DNA of 64,000 bases from Eledone cirrhosa (GCA_964016885.1 OZ024743.1:165664001-165728000); one strand, 5' to 3'; positions 26,111-40,046 are shown, counted from the stretch's first letter. Program-made: numbers and translations. Notes: a model not told the origin generated them from the letters alone.

Positions 26111-29100
26111 TCGGACGCTTTTTGGTCGCTGTTAGTAAGTCGCTTTATTTGCCTGTTAAGATTATTTGTTGTTAGATGTTTCTTGTGTAAGGGATATAAG
26201 GGGAAAGTAAAATATTTGGGCCTTTTGGCCCAAATATTTGAACATTTTACTTTAAAAATTAAAAATTGTTTTAAAAAAAACATGGCTGAGCCACGCCCCC
26301 CAGCAATCTGTCTGCTGTCGTCTGACAACGGCGTAACAGTTGAGGGGAGGGTTACAAACATTGTTACAACAGACACCACCACATATAACGTGAACAAAGA
26401 CAACACTGAGAACACTAATTTCGAAAAGATTACCACACCAACTACAACAATAACAACGTCAACCAAAATACAGACAACAGAAATAAATGACAACAAATGC
26501 AACAACGATATTAACACCACTAACAAGAAAATAAACAACGACAACACCAACAGCAACAATACAAATTGCACCGAAAACAACAACAACGGTGGCACCAAAA
26601 ACACAACCAACTACAACAGTGATAACAGCAACAACACCAACAACAAGACCAGTAGCGGCAGCAATAATGGTGCCGCTGAAAAAGGGGCCACTACTTTCGC
26701 AGGAGTGGCCCGAAATATAGAAACAGTGCTAGTCACTGAGGAGGAGATGGCAGTCGCAAGAGCCATGGTGTCGAGAAACGACAACAGTTTGCCTGAAACC
26801 TCCACCCGATTTCTTCAAAGACCAGCAACTGCGCACGGTGACTTACCGCACCGTAAGCAAAATGTCGCATCGAGTGGAGAGAGCCACGGAGGCTCAAATC
26901 CAAAAGGCCTTGAGGTGCGTCTGGGCGCGCAAAACCCACATCACCCGAGGCAAAAAGTACGGCACAGTAGACGTACTTTTCGCCACCTCGCAAGGAAACC
27001 CTAAAGAGTGAGGAAATAGTCTTGGTACCCTCCTACTGCGGGCAGAAAATTGTGAGGGTCAGAGTAACCCAGGTCCCGCCCGACGTGCCCATACCTTGCC
27101 TGGCCGCGTCTGTACTGGCTGGAATCGCAGAGAAGACCACCATACTACAAATACAGAGAATGGGAAGAGCGAACTGGTCAGGAATAGGCATGCAAATGCT
27201 AATACAGACTGACCAGGAGTGCATCGAGGCCATCCCAGACTTCATAGACCTCGAAGAAGGAATCCATCTCCCTATAAGCGTGGAAGGAAGGCGCCAAAAG
27301 CACTATCTCTGTGGGCAGAAGGGTCACCTCAGGGCCTTCTTCCCGCAGAAGACATCCAAGAAGAGGGCCCCCCTCCCTCCGACACCTGATCTGCTGCTAC
27401 CAAGAGCAGGGCAGGCAACAGAGGCAGAAAACCCTTCCACGGTGACTAGGATGGCAACGTCCGTGGCACCCATACCAAGGCCACGGACAACTAAAGCAGC
27501 GGCAGCAGTAGCGGCAACACTAACAGTCGCAGTAGCTACGCCGGCGGTAAAATCGCCGGAGCGGGCTCCACTACCACCACCAACAGCAGTGGAGCTGATG
27601 CCCCTCCCGGACGCCGTGGGGGTCCGACATGGAGTGTGAGGCGGGAGGGAAGTGGCAAACGGTCTGCCACAAAAAACAAAAATGAAAAAATGAAAAAAAC
27701 CCTTAGCTTCACCCTCCAAAAGCGAAGGCAGACAAAGAGGAGTAAAACTGCAAGGAGACTTGCAGCAACACCACCACCATCACTATCACCACCATAAGCA
27801 TCACCACCAACAACAACCACACCTCCACCAGCATCACCAAAAACACCAACATCGCAAACACAACAAAACACACACTCAACAGCAACAACAAGAAAACAGC
27901 AACAAAATCGCCCTCCCCCCAAAAAGTACACAGACATAAACATGGAAAATAAAGAACTTCTACAACACATAAAGCAGCACACAGACATCACAAAAAAAAC
28001 TACCACACCCCACCAACACCAAGAACTCTCCCGACAAACATAAGCATCGTTGAAATCAAAATAGAACAGTACAAACTTTTTTAGCAAAAATTCTCCAACG
28101 CAGTTGGAGACTTCAGAGGGTCGGTTACCAAGAGGATATACACCGACATCCTCTTGGAAACACCGATGACCAGCCAAAGGGACGGTTCTACTGTCCCTTC
28201 ACCACACGATCAAGGTAAGTGATCCTTTCTCACTTACCCCGTTTCTCATCCAACATAGCCGTACTTAGAATAGGCAGTATAAATGTACGTGCCCTGGGGT
28301 TATCTTGGAAGCAGGGTCACCTGCTCAACGACCTCAGGTCACTAAACATAGATGTGGTGGCCATCAGCGAGACCAGAGTCTCCGAAGCACGAGCCTTCGC
28401 CCCGATCTTCGGCGGCTACGATGTATACGCATCTCCCAGCCGTCCAGGATCGGGGGGAGGGGTTGACGTGCTTTTTCGGAGAGGCTTGGATCTCGCCAAA
28501 CGGGCCATCTTCCTGGACCCAGAAGGTAAGTCGTCGGTAGTGCTGGACGTGACCGGCAGCGAAGGCAATGCTTTCAGGCTACTAGCCGTCTACCCCCCAA
28601 CAGGGCAGGACGGCCAGATTTCTTCAGACGTCTAGATACCTTTCTTGGAACGTCCCGCTTTTTAGTGTTAGTGGGCGACGGGAACGGTATCTTTGATGCA
28701 TGCTGGGATTATGTGGGGCTAGTAGATAGAGCAGGAGGGTGTAAAAGCCTCAACAACTGGCTCAGACGTTTCGAACTGTCTGACAGGTATAGACTGGATT
28801 ATCCGAATGTGGGGATAGGGTATTCTGTAGGGAAACAGATAAGGCTAGTGTAGGTTGTCCACAATTTAAAGTAGTCGACTACACGGACCACAAATTTGTG
28901 ATCTGTGAAGTTGACTTAAATAGACTCCATAGGCAAGGGCCTGGCTACTGGAAGCTGAACGCGTCTTTCCAGGCGCGCAAAGCTTACAGAGACCGGATTA
29001 GCGAATTAGTTAAGCGTGCGTTGACGGGTGCGATCGTCAACAACAGATGGTGGTTTACCCTGAAAAGGGCTATTAGAGTAGAATCGATAATGTTTAGCAA

Positions 29101-31833
29101 AGGAGTAGTGATAGAGGAAAATAGAGTAGAGCTAGAAGAGGCGTTTAGGACAGGCATCGCAACCGACGTACTTGCGGCGAGATTGGCACTCGACCAATTC
29201 TTCAACGCAAAGCGTGAAGGCTAGGTTGTCGGAGCTAGAACGCGTACTCTAAGACACGAGGGGACGAAAGCCGTTCAATGGGCCCGGGTGGTGGAGGTGC
29301 GACGTGACAACAAGTCCACAATTCGGTCTTTGCCTGATCAAAACGGGCGCATGTTGCTCGAACCCGAGCAGATGTGTGCGGCTTTTCAACAGCACTTTGC
29401 TCAATTGTTCGGGAGCGGCGGTGGGCCGGATCGAAGTATGGACTTCGGTCCATACCTAGACGGACTGCCGCGGCTCTCGACAACCGTAGCGCAGTGCTGC
29501 GAAAAGCCGATAACAGCAGGTGAAATACGGGGCGCGATGTCTGACTGCACGAGGGGTAAATCGCTAGGTTTGGATAGTCTGCCCTACGAGCTTTATACGT
29601 ATATGCCATACTTGTTCGGCGAACTCTTGACAGATGTCTACTGCAACTGGCAGCAGAAGGGGAGCATTCCCAGTTTTGTGAGCCGGGGAGCGGTGGCGCT
29701 GCTGAGAAAAGACCCGAACAAGGAGGACGTTATAGACAACTTCAGGCCCATAACTCTGCTGAACGCAGAGTTTAAGATTTTGGCCAAGGTGTTAGCAAAG
29801 AGAATGGCGCTTGTCGTCGAGGATCTGGTGGGAGAAGCGCAGATATGCGCCATCCTGGACAGATCCATCCACAGCAACTTCCATCTCATGCGATACATCA
29901 TAGAGAGGGTGGTTAAGGAACCTGGCATGGGTGGAGCCCTGATCAACTTGGATCAATCTAAAGCATTTGATAGGGTCGACTGCGGTTTTCGAGGCGGCCG
30001 GCTTCGGGCCTGTTTTTAGGGGCTGGATCGCTGCGATGCACAGCGGCATCTGCTCGATTGTGAGGGTGAATGGTGACCTGTCACAGCCTTTCAGCCTCAT
30101 GTGCTCGGTCCACCAGGGTTTCCCCCTCTCGTCCCTCTTGTACGTACTGGCCCTAGATCCTTTACTACACAAATTGGAGACGATGAAGGGGATCCCACGC
30201 GAACTTGGATGTGGGAGATCCGTGTCAGCTTACGCCGACGACATCGCCGTGGTGGTGTCGTGCACCAAACACGTCAAGATGCTCGGCACCACTCTCGAGG
30301 AATACGAAGCGGTGACAGGAGCAAAGATAAACCAGGAAAGGTTGGTGGGCTTGCAACTCGGCACCTGGAGAGGTAAGTCCATTCCGTCCGATAGCGTTGT
30401 GGGGCGCTGGATGGAAGGACCGGTTAAATTGCTCTGGGTCTGGTTCGGTCCGGACCTCCAGATGGAGAAAAACTGGAGCGAGGTGACGGGCAGGGTGGCC
30501 TCTCTCACCCTGAAATGGGACGACAGGAGGCTGTCTCTGAAAGGTCGGGCGGAGGTGGCGAATGCGTACATAGCGTCCGTGATTTGACCGTCTTACCTTT
30601 CCCCCACCCAACTCTGACCAAAATGGAGCGCCTTCTCTTCCGCTTTTTGTGGACGGGAGGTGCTTCCATGGTCAGACGATCCATTTGCTGTCAACACCCG
30701 TTGCGTGGAGGACTAGGCATGCCGTGGATGATGATGCGCAAACATACGCTGAGGCTGCGACATCTCTGGTGCTTCCTTGACGGTGAACAGGTGTGGTCGC
30801 CGTTTGCCAGACGCGCTTTTGCCCAGCTCGTCTCCTTGACGGAGCTGTAGTCCTGGATCAGGAAAAGACCGATGCATAGCGCTTGGAAGCTGGAATGTCT
30901 CCAAACGCTCACCGCCCTCTACCGGGTGGGCACTAGTATCGGTGGAACATCCACCTCGGCGTTCTGTAGAGGGCTAGTGGAGGGAAAGAGCGACGACGTT
31001 CTCGGGGAGACCCTGGGCGTCGAAGACGATCAGCTGTTAGCTCTCTTCAAGAGAACTTTCAGACCGGGGCCTATGGACAACTTCCAGAAATCCCTGGCCT
31101 GGCAGTGCTACCGAGGAGCGTTGCCGGTTCGGAATAAGCTCTAGAGGCACGGGGGTGCTGTCAGCCGAGCCTGTCCGAGATGCGAGCAGAGCGACAAAAC
31201 CGTCCTGCACGCACTCGCTCAGTGCCCGAGGATTGCTGACTTGTGGAGCTATGTCGAACAGCTGCTGTCGCGTGTAGGACAGATCCGGTTATCTGATAGC
31301 CCCGCCATACTCCTTTAAAAAGGAGGAAGGGCAGGCAGTTTTCATCTGCCTGGTGGCCATGGCGAAAGAGATTGTGTGGTGGACAAGATTGAAAGGGTTG
31401 AAGACGGACACTTTCCTCTCCGGCCAATCCCTGATTAAGTTTTTCAAGTTTCACTTGGTGGAGAGGCAAGTGCTGTCTTCTAGTATGTTTGTTAAAAGGT
31501 GGGTGAAAGTAGCGAGTCTGGTCCGAGTGAACGGGCCCGCTCTGAGTATACGCCTGTAGACCGAGCAGTGGGAAAAGTGAGAGAAGGCGCTTGCCCTGGT
31601 GGTCAGAGTGGCCGTGGTCTTTTGTGTGGTTTTCACCACGAGTGACCCTCGGATGTTTCGCCCTTCTTGGGGAATTTTTGTTGTTTGAATTTTTTTTTGA
31701 TTTCTAGCCCAATTTTGTTATATCCTGTTTACACGACCAAAACCCACTTTGTATCGTCCTGTACTGTTCTGTGCCGTCTCTAATGTTTTTCTTCGTGTCA
31801 GCCCTTGTGGCCAATAAAGAAACCATTATTATT
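26111..31833 (+). mobile_element. Tx1/L1-clade LINE copy B, near full length but pseudogenised
   Basis: ORF1 from 26282; APE from about 28250 (INVRAL, ISET, DH); GPGYWKLN; RT motifs; AATAAA and (ATT)n tail at about 31813-31833. Confidence 0.93.
26282..27639 (+). pseudogene. Tx1-type ORF1 (N/T-rich low-complexity N-terminus, putative RRM-like core, degenerate CCHC knuckle), frameshifted
   Basis: MAEPRPPAICLLSSD...; VRVRVTQVPPDVP; ISVEGRRQKHYLCGQKGHLRAFFP aligns to Cx2Cx4Hx4C with two substitutions. Confidence 0.75.
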
Positions 31834-31835
31834 AA

Positions 31836-32022
31836 ATTGGCCGTATCGGTAGAGGGTTGGACGCCATGCTTTCTAGCATAGTTACTGCCTTTACAGTCTG
31901 AGTTCAAATCCCGCCGAGGTAAACTTTGCCTTTCATCCTTACGGGGTCGATAAAATAAAGTACCAGTAATGTACTGCATAATTGCTGGCCTTGTGCCTAA
32001 AGTAGAAACAATTATTATTATT
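31836..32022 (+). mobile_element. tRNA-derived SINE inserted in the Tx1 (ATT)n tail
   Basis: SINE consensus; ATTATTATTAA on both sides. Confidence 0.9.
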
Positions 32023-32808
32023 AACTTCCAGAAATCTCTGGCCTGGTAGTGCTACCGAGGAGCCTTGCCAGTTCGGGATAAACTCTACAGGCATGGAGGT
32101 GCTGTCAGCCGGGCATGTCCGAGATGCGCGCAGGGCGACGAAACCATCCTGCACGCACTCGTCCAGTGTCCGAACATTTCTGACTTGTGGGTTTATGTCG
32201 AACACCTGCTGTCGCGTGTAGGACGGATCCGGCTATCATCTGAGTCCATCGTGAGGAATGCCCCTCCCTCTTCCTTTAGCCGGGAAGGGCAGGCAGTTTT
32301 TATCTGTCTGGTGGCCATGGCGAAAGAGATAGTATGGTGGACACGTTTGAAAGGGCTGAAGACGAGCACTTACCTCTTCGGTGATGCCGTGATTGACTTT
32401 TTCAAATTTCATTTGAAAAGGAAAATCAGAGTAGAGAGGGAAGTGCTCTCTTCCCAGCATTTTGTTGAAAGGTGGGTGAGAGAAGCAAGAATGGCCCGAG
32501 TGAATGGGCCTACTCTGAGTACGTATATGTAAATTAAAGGTGGAAAACTGGGAGAGGGCACTTGCCTTGGTGGTCAGGGTCACTGTGGCCTTTTACTGGG
32601 CTTTCTCCACAAATGTCCCCCCGAAGTCTCCCCCCTATTGGGGAATTTTTCATTGTTATTTTTTTTTGTTACATCTTCTGTTTTTGTTTTTTTACACGCA
32701 GAAATGCCCATTAGTACCGCCCTGTATTGTCCTGCACTGTCCTTAATGTCTACTTTATGTAAACCCTTGTGGTTAATAAAGAAATCATTATTATTATTAT
32801 TATTATTA
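32023..32808 (+). mobile_element. 5'-truncated Tx1 copy (Zn knuckle to tail)
   Basis: LPVRDKLYRHG..CPRC..ETILHALVQC; AATAAA and (ATT)n at 32787-32808. Confidence 0.9.
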
Positions 32809-32810
32809 TA

Positions 32811-35800
32811 GCTGCATTTATATGGCTTTATGTTCATACGAGTTATCACCAAGTCACAACCAGTGACCTCAAGAGACAACAAGGTCCGCCATGTTCAAGA
32901 AAGAACATACATACTCACACATGCATCTTTAGGTGTTTAGACTTGTGATGTACTTATATTAACAGAATCTTCCTTAGTATATGGGCAGTTCCCATTAGTA
33001 CTATCTTTTGTATTTCTCCTACACGCGGGTTTCCTGGGATTTGCGATAAGTAATCATTAGACCCCTTAGGTATCATTCCTAGAGCACCTACAACCACTGG
33101 TATTGTTTTAGTTCTCAATTTCCACATTTTTCCAATTTCTATCTCCAAGTCCTTATACTTGCTCAATTTTTCAAATGTTTTTATAGATACATTCTTGTCT
33201 ATTGGAACAGACATATCAATTAGCAGGCATACCCTTTTTTTAAAGTCCTTCAATATTATATCAGGTCTATTTGCATCTATTTTTCGGTCTGTTTGGATGC
33301 TAAAGTTCCACAAGATTGAGATGTGATCTTTTTCAAGTATGGGAGGTGGTTGATGCTCCCACCAATTCTTTTGATGGGGCAGGTCAAAATGCTTACACAT
33401 TATCCAATGTATGTATTGCGCAGCTCTGTCATGCCTGTTTAGGTATTCGGTTGGAGCTATAGGACAGCACATTGAAATGATATGGTCAATGGTCTCTGGT
33501 TGTTTTTTACATACACGGCATAATGGGCTGCATCCATTTTTTTATTATGTTGGCTTGGTAATTTTTTGTTGGCAGACACTGATCTTGTACTGATATAATC
33601 AGTCCTTCAGTCTCCGATTTCAGTCCAGAGGATGCCAACCACTGATGGGTTAAAGTTTTGTCAACATCAGGATTGTTAGCTCGTTCTGGGTATTTTCCAT
33701 ACAGAGGCTTTTCTTGCCATTTCTAAGCCAGTTTCTGTAGCAGTTCTTTCTTTGCAGTTACTTTTACCTGCTTTGCTTTTTCTGTGTTTTCCATTTCAGC
33801 AGTAAATGGGACTTCTGAAATATGTAGTCCATTACTGTATCTTTGTGCATCTTTTGTAATGGAGTATGATCTTTTGATGCTTTCGTGTTTCAAAACGAGT
33901 TTGATCATCCAATCATGTGATTCCCTTAGATATGTAGATAATCCAATTGTTGCAGTTTTCAACGCAATGTCTAACTGGATTAACCCACGTCCTCCTTCTT
34001 TCCTAGGGAGATATATTCTATCTGTATCTGCCTTAGGGTGATGCATTCTGTGCATGGTTAAGAATTTTCGAATTTTTGTATCGAGCCTACGGATCTCTGT
34101 GCTTGACCAGTTGATGACATTGTAACTGTAGGCTATTACTGGTATGACAAGCGTGTTTATGGCATCGATCCTATTCCTTGCACTCAATTCCGTTCTTAAG
34201 ATTGCTCTTACTCTGCGGTAACATTCCTTCCTTATCCTTTCCCTCATTGTCGAGTGCTTGATTCCGTCTCCTTCACAAACACCTAGATATTTGTAAGTTT
34301 CCTCTTGATCAAGTTCTCTTATTACATTCCCCCGATCAAGATTAATGTCTGAACTTTTCAGCAGCTTTCCTCTGGTGAACGTTGCTTTGGCGCATTTATG
34401 TAGTACAAACTCCATTTTAATGTCATCACTGAACTGCTCCACAGTGGATAATAGCCCTTGCAATTGTTCATCATTTTTTGCAAATAGTTTCAGGTCATCC
34501 ATGTAGAACAAGTGATTAATGGTTTTGTCATAGACTTTATATCCATGTTTTGTTTCATTGAGCATTTTACTTAATGGTATAAGTGCGATGCAGAATAAAA
34601 GCGGTGATAAAGAGTCACCCGGAAAAATTCTACAATTAATATTAACTTCTCCAGCTTCCAGTGATTTTGTTTCACTATTCAAAAGGAGTGTCGTTTCCCA
34701 TGTCTTCATACTGAATGACAAAAACCTCCTGACAACGGGAGATACTTTGAAAATCTCTAAACATTTTTCAATCCAACTGTGTGACAAACTAGCGAATGCT
34801 TTTTTATAAACTATCCAAGCAATCGATAGATTTTTGTGTCTATTATGACAATCTTCCAGTATCATTTTGTTAACCAAAAGCTGATCCTTACAGCCATATG
34901 AGCCTCGTTTACACCCTTTCTGCTCAATGGGAAATAGATAATTTGTTATCAGGTGGTCATATGTATATTCAGTTAGGACTGATGTTAAAATTTTATACAT
35001 TGTGGTCAAGCAAGTTATCGGTCTGTAATTTTGGGGATTGTTTGTCTCATCATTCTTCGGAAGCAGGAATGTAATGCCGTTAACTAGCCATGATGGTATC
35101 TTTTCTGGCTCCTTAACTATGTAATTGTAAAGTTGAGCTAACAGCTCATGAGACTCTGTGAAGGCATTTATCCAAAAATTTCGTATTTTGTCTTTTCCTG
35201 GGGATTTCTATTTGCTGGTTTTTCTTAGAGCCAAACGCAACTGTTCAACTGTTTTCCCATATTTGTTCCTCAGGGTGAGCTGTATCTTTCATTTGTCTGT
35301 CTATCCATGGGGTATGTATATTATTAACTTTTTCTTCGGCCCAGATCTTTTCCCAGAATTCTTGCACTTCCTCCTTGGGTGGTATTGATTTAGCAGTTAT
35401 TGTTGACTTACCAATTTTTCTGTAGAAGTTTATTTGGTTGTTTTTGAACATATTATTGTCCTTATAGAATCTAGATCGTTTTTCAAAGCGCCTTATACGA
35501 GCAGCTTTGGTCAATACTTTTTGCTTGATTATTTCTATCAGCATGTCTATGTCACTTGTTGATTTTATACTGTACTTTCTTTTCAATTTTCTAAGTTTAG
35601 TTTGTTTAACATGTTCACCTACTTTATAGTTTGTTAAAATTTCTATGTCAGATCGGAGAAGGTTTATTTGGCGATTGATGTTCTCTTGCCAAGTAGATTT
35701 CTTGTGGGAATTCCTTTGTTTATTCATCTTCACTCAACATAAGTGAGTGGTGACTTTAGCCGATGCATAATAGAGATGATTTAAATCAGTAATGTTTAGT

Positions 35801-36525
35801 TTGTTTGTGATGATAATGTTTTTGAGAATTATGTTAGTCTTGTGTATTATCTTTTGGTTCTGTTTGGAGTTCTGGATCTTAGGGAGGGTGTCTCGTTCCC
35901 CCATGTCAGATTCTTTCATTTTCATCCATTCGATCATAATTGCATCCTTCAAGTTGGCAAGTTCATTCTCATTCATTTCTTTATCATTTACGATCTCATT
36001 GTTTTCATTTTGAGTTTCATCTTGAGCATGCACTCCCTCCACTTTTTCGATCCTTTCTTTAATTTGTTCTGTTGTCAGTGATTCCGCCCCAACCCTGGGA
36101 TTCGAAGTGTTACAATTTACCTCGTTTTAACTGACACATGTTTCATTTTCCCTTCGCTGATTTTGTGCTAATAGCTTGATCTGATCAATTTCTATATTAG
36201 TTAGTAACTTTTTTTTACAATATTTCTTCGTATATTGGCTAGTTTGTTACTGTCAATATAGCCTCTGTTTTCGGGATGTTTCTTTTTCCAGTCTGTTCTG
36301 TATTCGATGTATTTGATGGGTAGTACATGGCAGTGTAGAAAGCCTCAAGGACTTCTTTATGATCTTCCCTTGACCATTTTTCTCTCTTTTTCTTTGGATT
36401 TCTTGGTGGTGAGCATGGAGGGCCAACAGTAGGAGTATTCCGGTTATGGGAGGTCTCCAGCTCCGAAGTGATGGGAAGGTTTGAACCATTAGCTGCTTTT
36501 TCGACCCCAGTCTGGTTCCTCTCTG
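32811..36525 (-). mobile_element. R4/Dong-type RLE non-LTR retrotransposon, near full length, frameshifted
   Basis: RT: YRPITCL, EQKGC, YMDDLKL, YKYLG, GGRGL; CCHC (CRVC...H..S.C); RLE RHD...RPD..ID..K..Y; 3' end abuts (TAA)n. Confidence 0.93.
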
Positions 36526-37859
36526 ACCAAACGGGTCACCGGTGGTCTAGTATACTACTAAAACTCTTGATTGCTTGCTTGCTTGTCTGTAATGTAATAC
36601 AGCCAAAAGGGACATAATGGGAAAATACTTTGAAAAGAAGTTGACCCTGAAATGGGAATACAAACGGAATAAAACAAGTTTCGCGTAAATCGGATCACGG
36701 GTGCCCGAGATATGGGTTTTTTCCGGGTTCCTTCATAAACAGAGAGAGAACGAAGGAAATGTGGTAAGGAACCAGGTGGACCATAACGCACCAAAGTACT
36801 CAATACTTGGGGTAGTATAGTGGGTAATAGGAACAAGTAAGACCCCGACGGCTGAGCTCAAGCCGTTTCGACGGCTAATTCTGTACTGAAACGGTAAGTA
36901 GAACAATGAGGGTAAAACTATAAAAGGTACTGAGAGAGAAAAAAAAAAAAAATAAGCAAAGTCTGGTTACTAAGACTTAAGTCTCTCGCTATTGCTAGGC
37001 TAAAGAAATACATAAATAAATAAATAAACAAATAAGTGAATAAAAGAATAGATAAATAAATTTTAAAAAAAAGTATATATATATATAATGTAGAATAAAA
37101 AAAAAAAAAAATAAATAAATAATAATAATAGAAATAAACTAGGTGGGACGGAAATAAAGGGACCCTTATACGAGGTATAAGTGCGTGTATCGTACGGTGA
37201 CGGGTCAACAAAGGGGGGGGGGGGGGCAGAATACTAAAGAGACTACCACGAAATAATGAAGGTTTCTACCCCAATCACAGGGCCAGCAACCACCCAGTGC
37301 AAGAAAGTAAACTAGTACGAGAATATAATTCAGGGTCCCGCAAAAAAATACTAGTGCTAACTCTAAGGGTACCGCCACGAAACAAAAAGTCTTATACAAG
37401 CTACATGAAAGATCGTACGAAGTAAAAGTAAAGAACGGAAAATTAATACAGGAACCCCCCCAATAAAAAAAGGGAAAAAGAAGAAAGAAATACTGGATAA
37501 ACGAGAAATTAAAGCAAAGATGCCACTAAGAAATATAGAAGGCACGGAAAAAAGGGACAGCGGTCGGAAAAGGGGGTGAGTATCCGAAGTCTAACACCTC
37601 TGCTATGAAAAGCGGAGTCAGCCAAATCTATCATAGAATAGGGGAGGGGCGTGTGGGTGCTGAAGCTACAAGGGATCGATGGGCTACCTCGGGTGGGCGA
37701 GAAAAAGACGACGACAAAGAAAAAGAACTGGGGTAGAAGGACTAGGGAGGGATGGGGGAAGGAGGAAATATAGAGGAAGCGATAAAAGAATGTAAAAGAA
37801 GATCTTATGTCTCCATTGGCAAGCAGGGGTTACCCATTACCAAATAGGCAAGTGGGGTG

Positions 37860-40030
37860 TTATAGCCCTAGTCTACCCCCCCCCCCCCCCCCCGGGTCAT
37901 TATGGGGTTTGAGGGCGAGGTAAGTCCTACGTAATCGGTGTTTACATGCAGTAACCAGTTCATCTTTCTTGTTTAGGAGTTGGTCCGTCGAAAACAGCAT
38001 TTGTAATGTTTCCTCCGAGCATAAATTGGACGGACGGCGTCCTCCCGTGTAAGAGTTGGCTCTGGACAGTAATTTCCATGTGAGATCATAGTTGATGTTG
38101 TTGTCCTTGAGGTCCGATATGTGGCCCGAAAGTGTGGTGGCGTGACGCCGGGCCGGGTTTCGGAAGGTATGTCTGTGTTGGTATAGTCGGGTCTTGAAGT
38201 CGCATGCGGTTAATCCTATATAAGCTTTGTTGGAGGTGTCCGTGCTCACGTTGCACTGGTAGATCACATTACGATCTCTGCATCTGTTGTCGAGGGGGCA
38301 ACTGGATCTATCAGGACAGTTGCACCTCCTGGTCGGCTCTCCACTGCTATTTAGGTTGTTTCTTCCATCGGGGTTGAGATTTTTGTTGTTGGAGGAGACG
38401 GTGTTTTGTGCGAAGTTAGGTGTAGTGCTGTAAGAGAGTTTGATGGTATTTTTGTTAATTATGTTGTGGTAGCGGTGTTGTGGTGGGAAGTGTTTTTCAA
38501 TGAGCCTAAAGAAAATTTTCCCAATGGGAGTTGTCACCTCGGCGTTGTGGGGAGGATTGAACCATGTTACATTGCGTGAGCGGTGGTGTCGCCTGCTGGT
38601 TCCGCTAATGGGAGCTGGACAGTAGGATATTTCCTCCCGGAAACCACTCCGCTTGAGGGCCTGGTTGTAGTAAGGCGCATGTTCATCGAATATCTTCTCA
38701 TTAGCTGACAAACGGGATATACGGAGGGAGATGTTTTTGACCAGTTTGTTGGTGATGTTCCTAGGATGGTTAGATCGGCGGTGGATGTAGTGCAGGTTGT
38801 CATTGGGTTTCCTGTATGGGTAGTACAGGTCATTATTGAGATCGAGGGTAACGTCCAGGAAATTAACTCGGGTCAGGGACGTTTGTAGGGTTATTTTAAA
38901 TCCTCAGTCGCGAAAGAAGCTGATTAATTGTTTACGGACCCGATCTGTACTACTGGGGTTGTACCCTTTAAGGGTAAGGAGCCCATCATTACGGTACAAT
39001 CCACCACCGAAAGCAGGAAACATATCGGTGAGTTTGGCTATAAGGAATAATCCTATAAGATCTGTGACCTCCGCCGAATCCGTAGCGCCCATGCTGACGT
39101 CGAAGGGTGAGTCAGGAGCTCTTATCCATTTGGAGTTGTCAAAGAGTAAGACTGTCTTCCTGGCGTGGAGGATGATTTTTCTTTCCTGGTCGGTGATGGG
39201 CACAAGAGCTTCGGCGAAGTCCAAGGCGGCAGTAAGTAGCGGTAAGGTGATTGAAGCATAGTAGCTCTCTATGTCGAACTGGATAAATTTAGTGTCTCGT
39301 TTATCCTCCAAATTGCTGAACCATGAGATAACTTCCTGGGTGTTGATCCATAGGTTAAGTCGGGCGTGTTGCTTGACTTTTGGTATCACGCGGTCTAGGA
39401 TTTTTTTGCTGATTCTCCCTATGTAGGACTTCGTTGGGTTTATAAGCCTGATAGATGGTTTACGGTCGAAATCGGATTTGTGGTCCTTCAGTGTGAAGTA
39501 GGGTGGGTCTAGGGGTTCGGTGCGGTCGGCGACCCCGAGGCTGGAGGTAATTTGTTGTCCATCTCGATTAATGTCCTCGATGCATGAGTGGTTAGCCTTT
39601 TTATAGGTGGAGTTTAGGCTGCTCCTGATCAGTGTGTGGTATCTGTCGGGGTTGACAAAGTATAGGTTCCCAGTTTTATCCGAATGCACCATGATGTCAT
39701 TGGTATTATCATACTCTGTTAAGTTGCTAAGGAGTTTTTGTAGGAATCGCTTGTGTCTGAGTTTGAATTTAAGGTTCTTGACCAGTTGGAAGAGGTCATT
39801 CTCGAAGGGTGAGAGCAAAGGGTTCGGGGGGGGGGAGATTTGTAGGTAATAAATCCGAATCTCTCCTTGGTACCGAAGTCCTGATTGTCGCAGAATCTGT
39901 CGTAGAAAAAAGTTCTCCATCTAAGTCTTTTCGCAAATAGATCGATTTTTTGCGTGAGCATCCGAAGGTAAAGTTTTTTCGGTGGGATTGGGATGTTCTT
40001 GGTAGAGAAGTCGATATTGTGTTTTCGCAT
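37860..40030 (-). pseudogene. PLE-2 RT + GIY-YIG ORF (frameshifted; catalytic YRDD->YRND)
   Basis: FSTKNIPIP...RLRWR, SDKTG, TLKDHK, RLINP, FDIESYY, DVSMG..DSAE, GLYRNDG, WFNPP, CNC..CPL..C, VIY..YIG. Confidence 0.9.
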
Positions 40031-40046
40031 GGTGCGGGTGAAAGAA

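Noticed and set aside
26020-26115. CRISPR-like repeat
   Set aside because: There are no unique spacers or cas genes; this is a eukaryotic LINE UTR minisatellite.
22141-28177. Long hydrophobic 'membrane protein' ORFs on the minus strand
   Set aside because: They are the antisense of the AAC/ACA-rich Tx1 ORF1.
31813-32022. SINE tail derived from the Tx1 3' end
   Set aside because: The similarity is limited to AGAAAC.ATTATT, too short to infer a SINE-LINE partnership.
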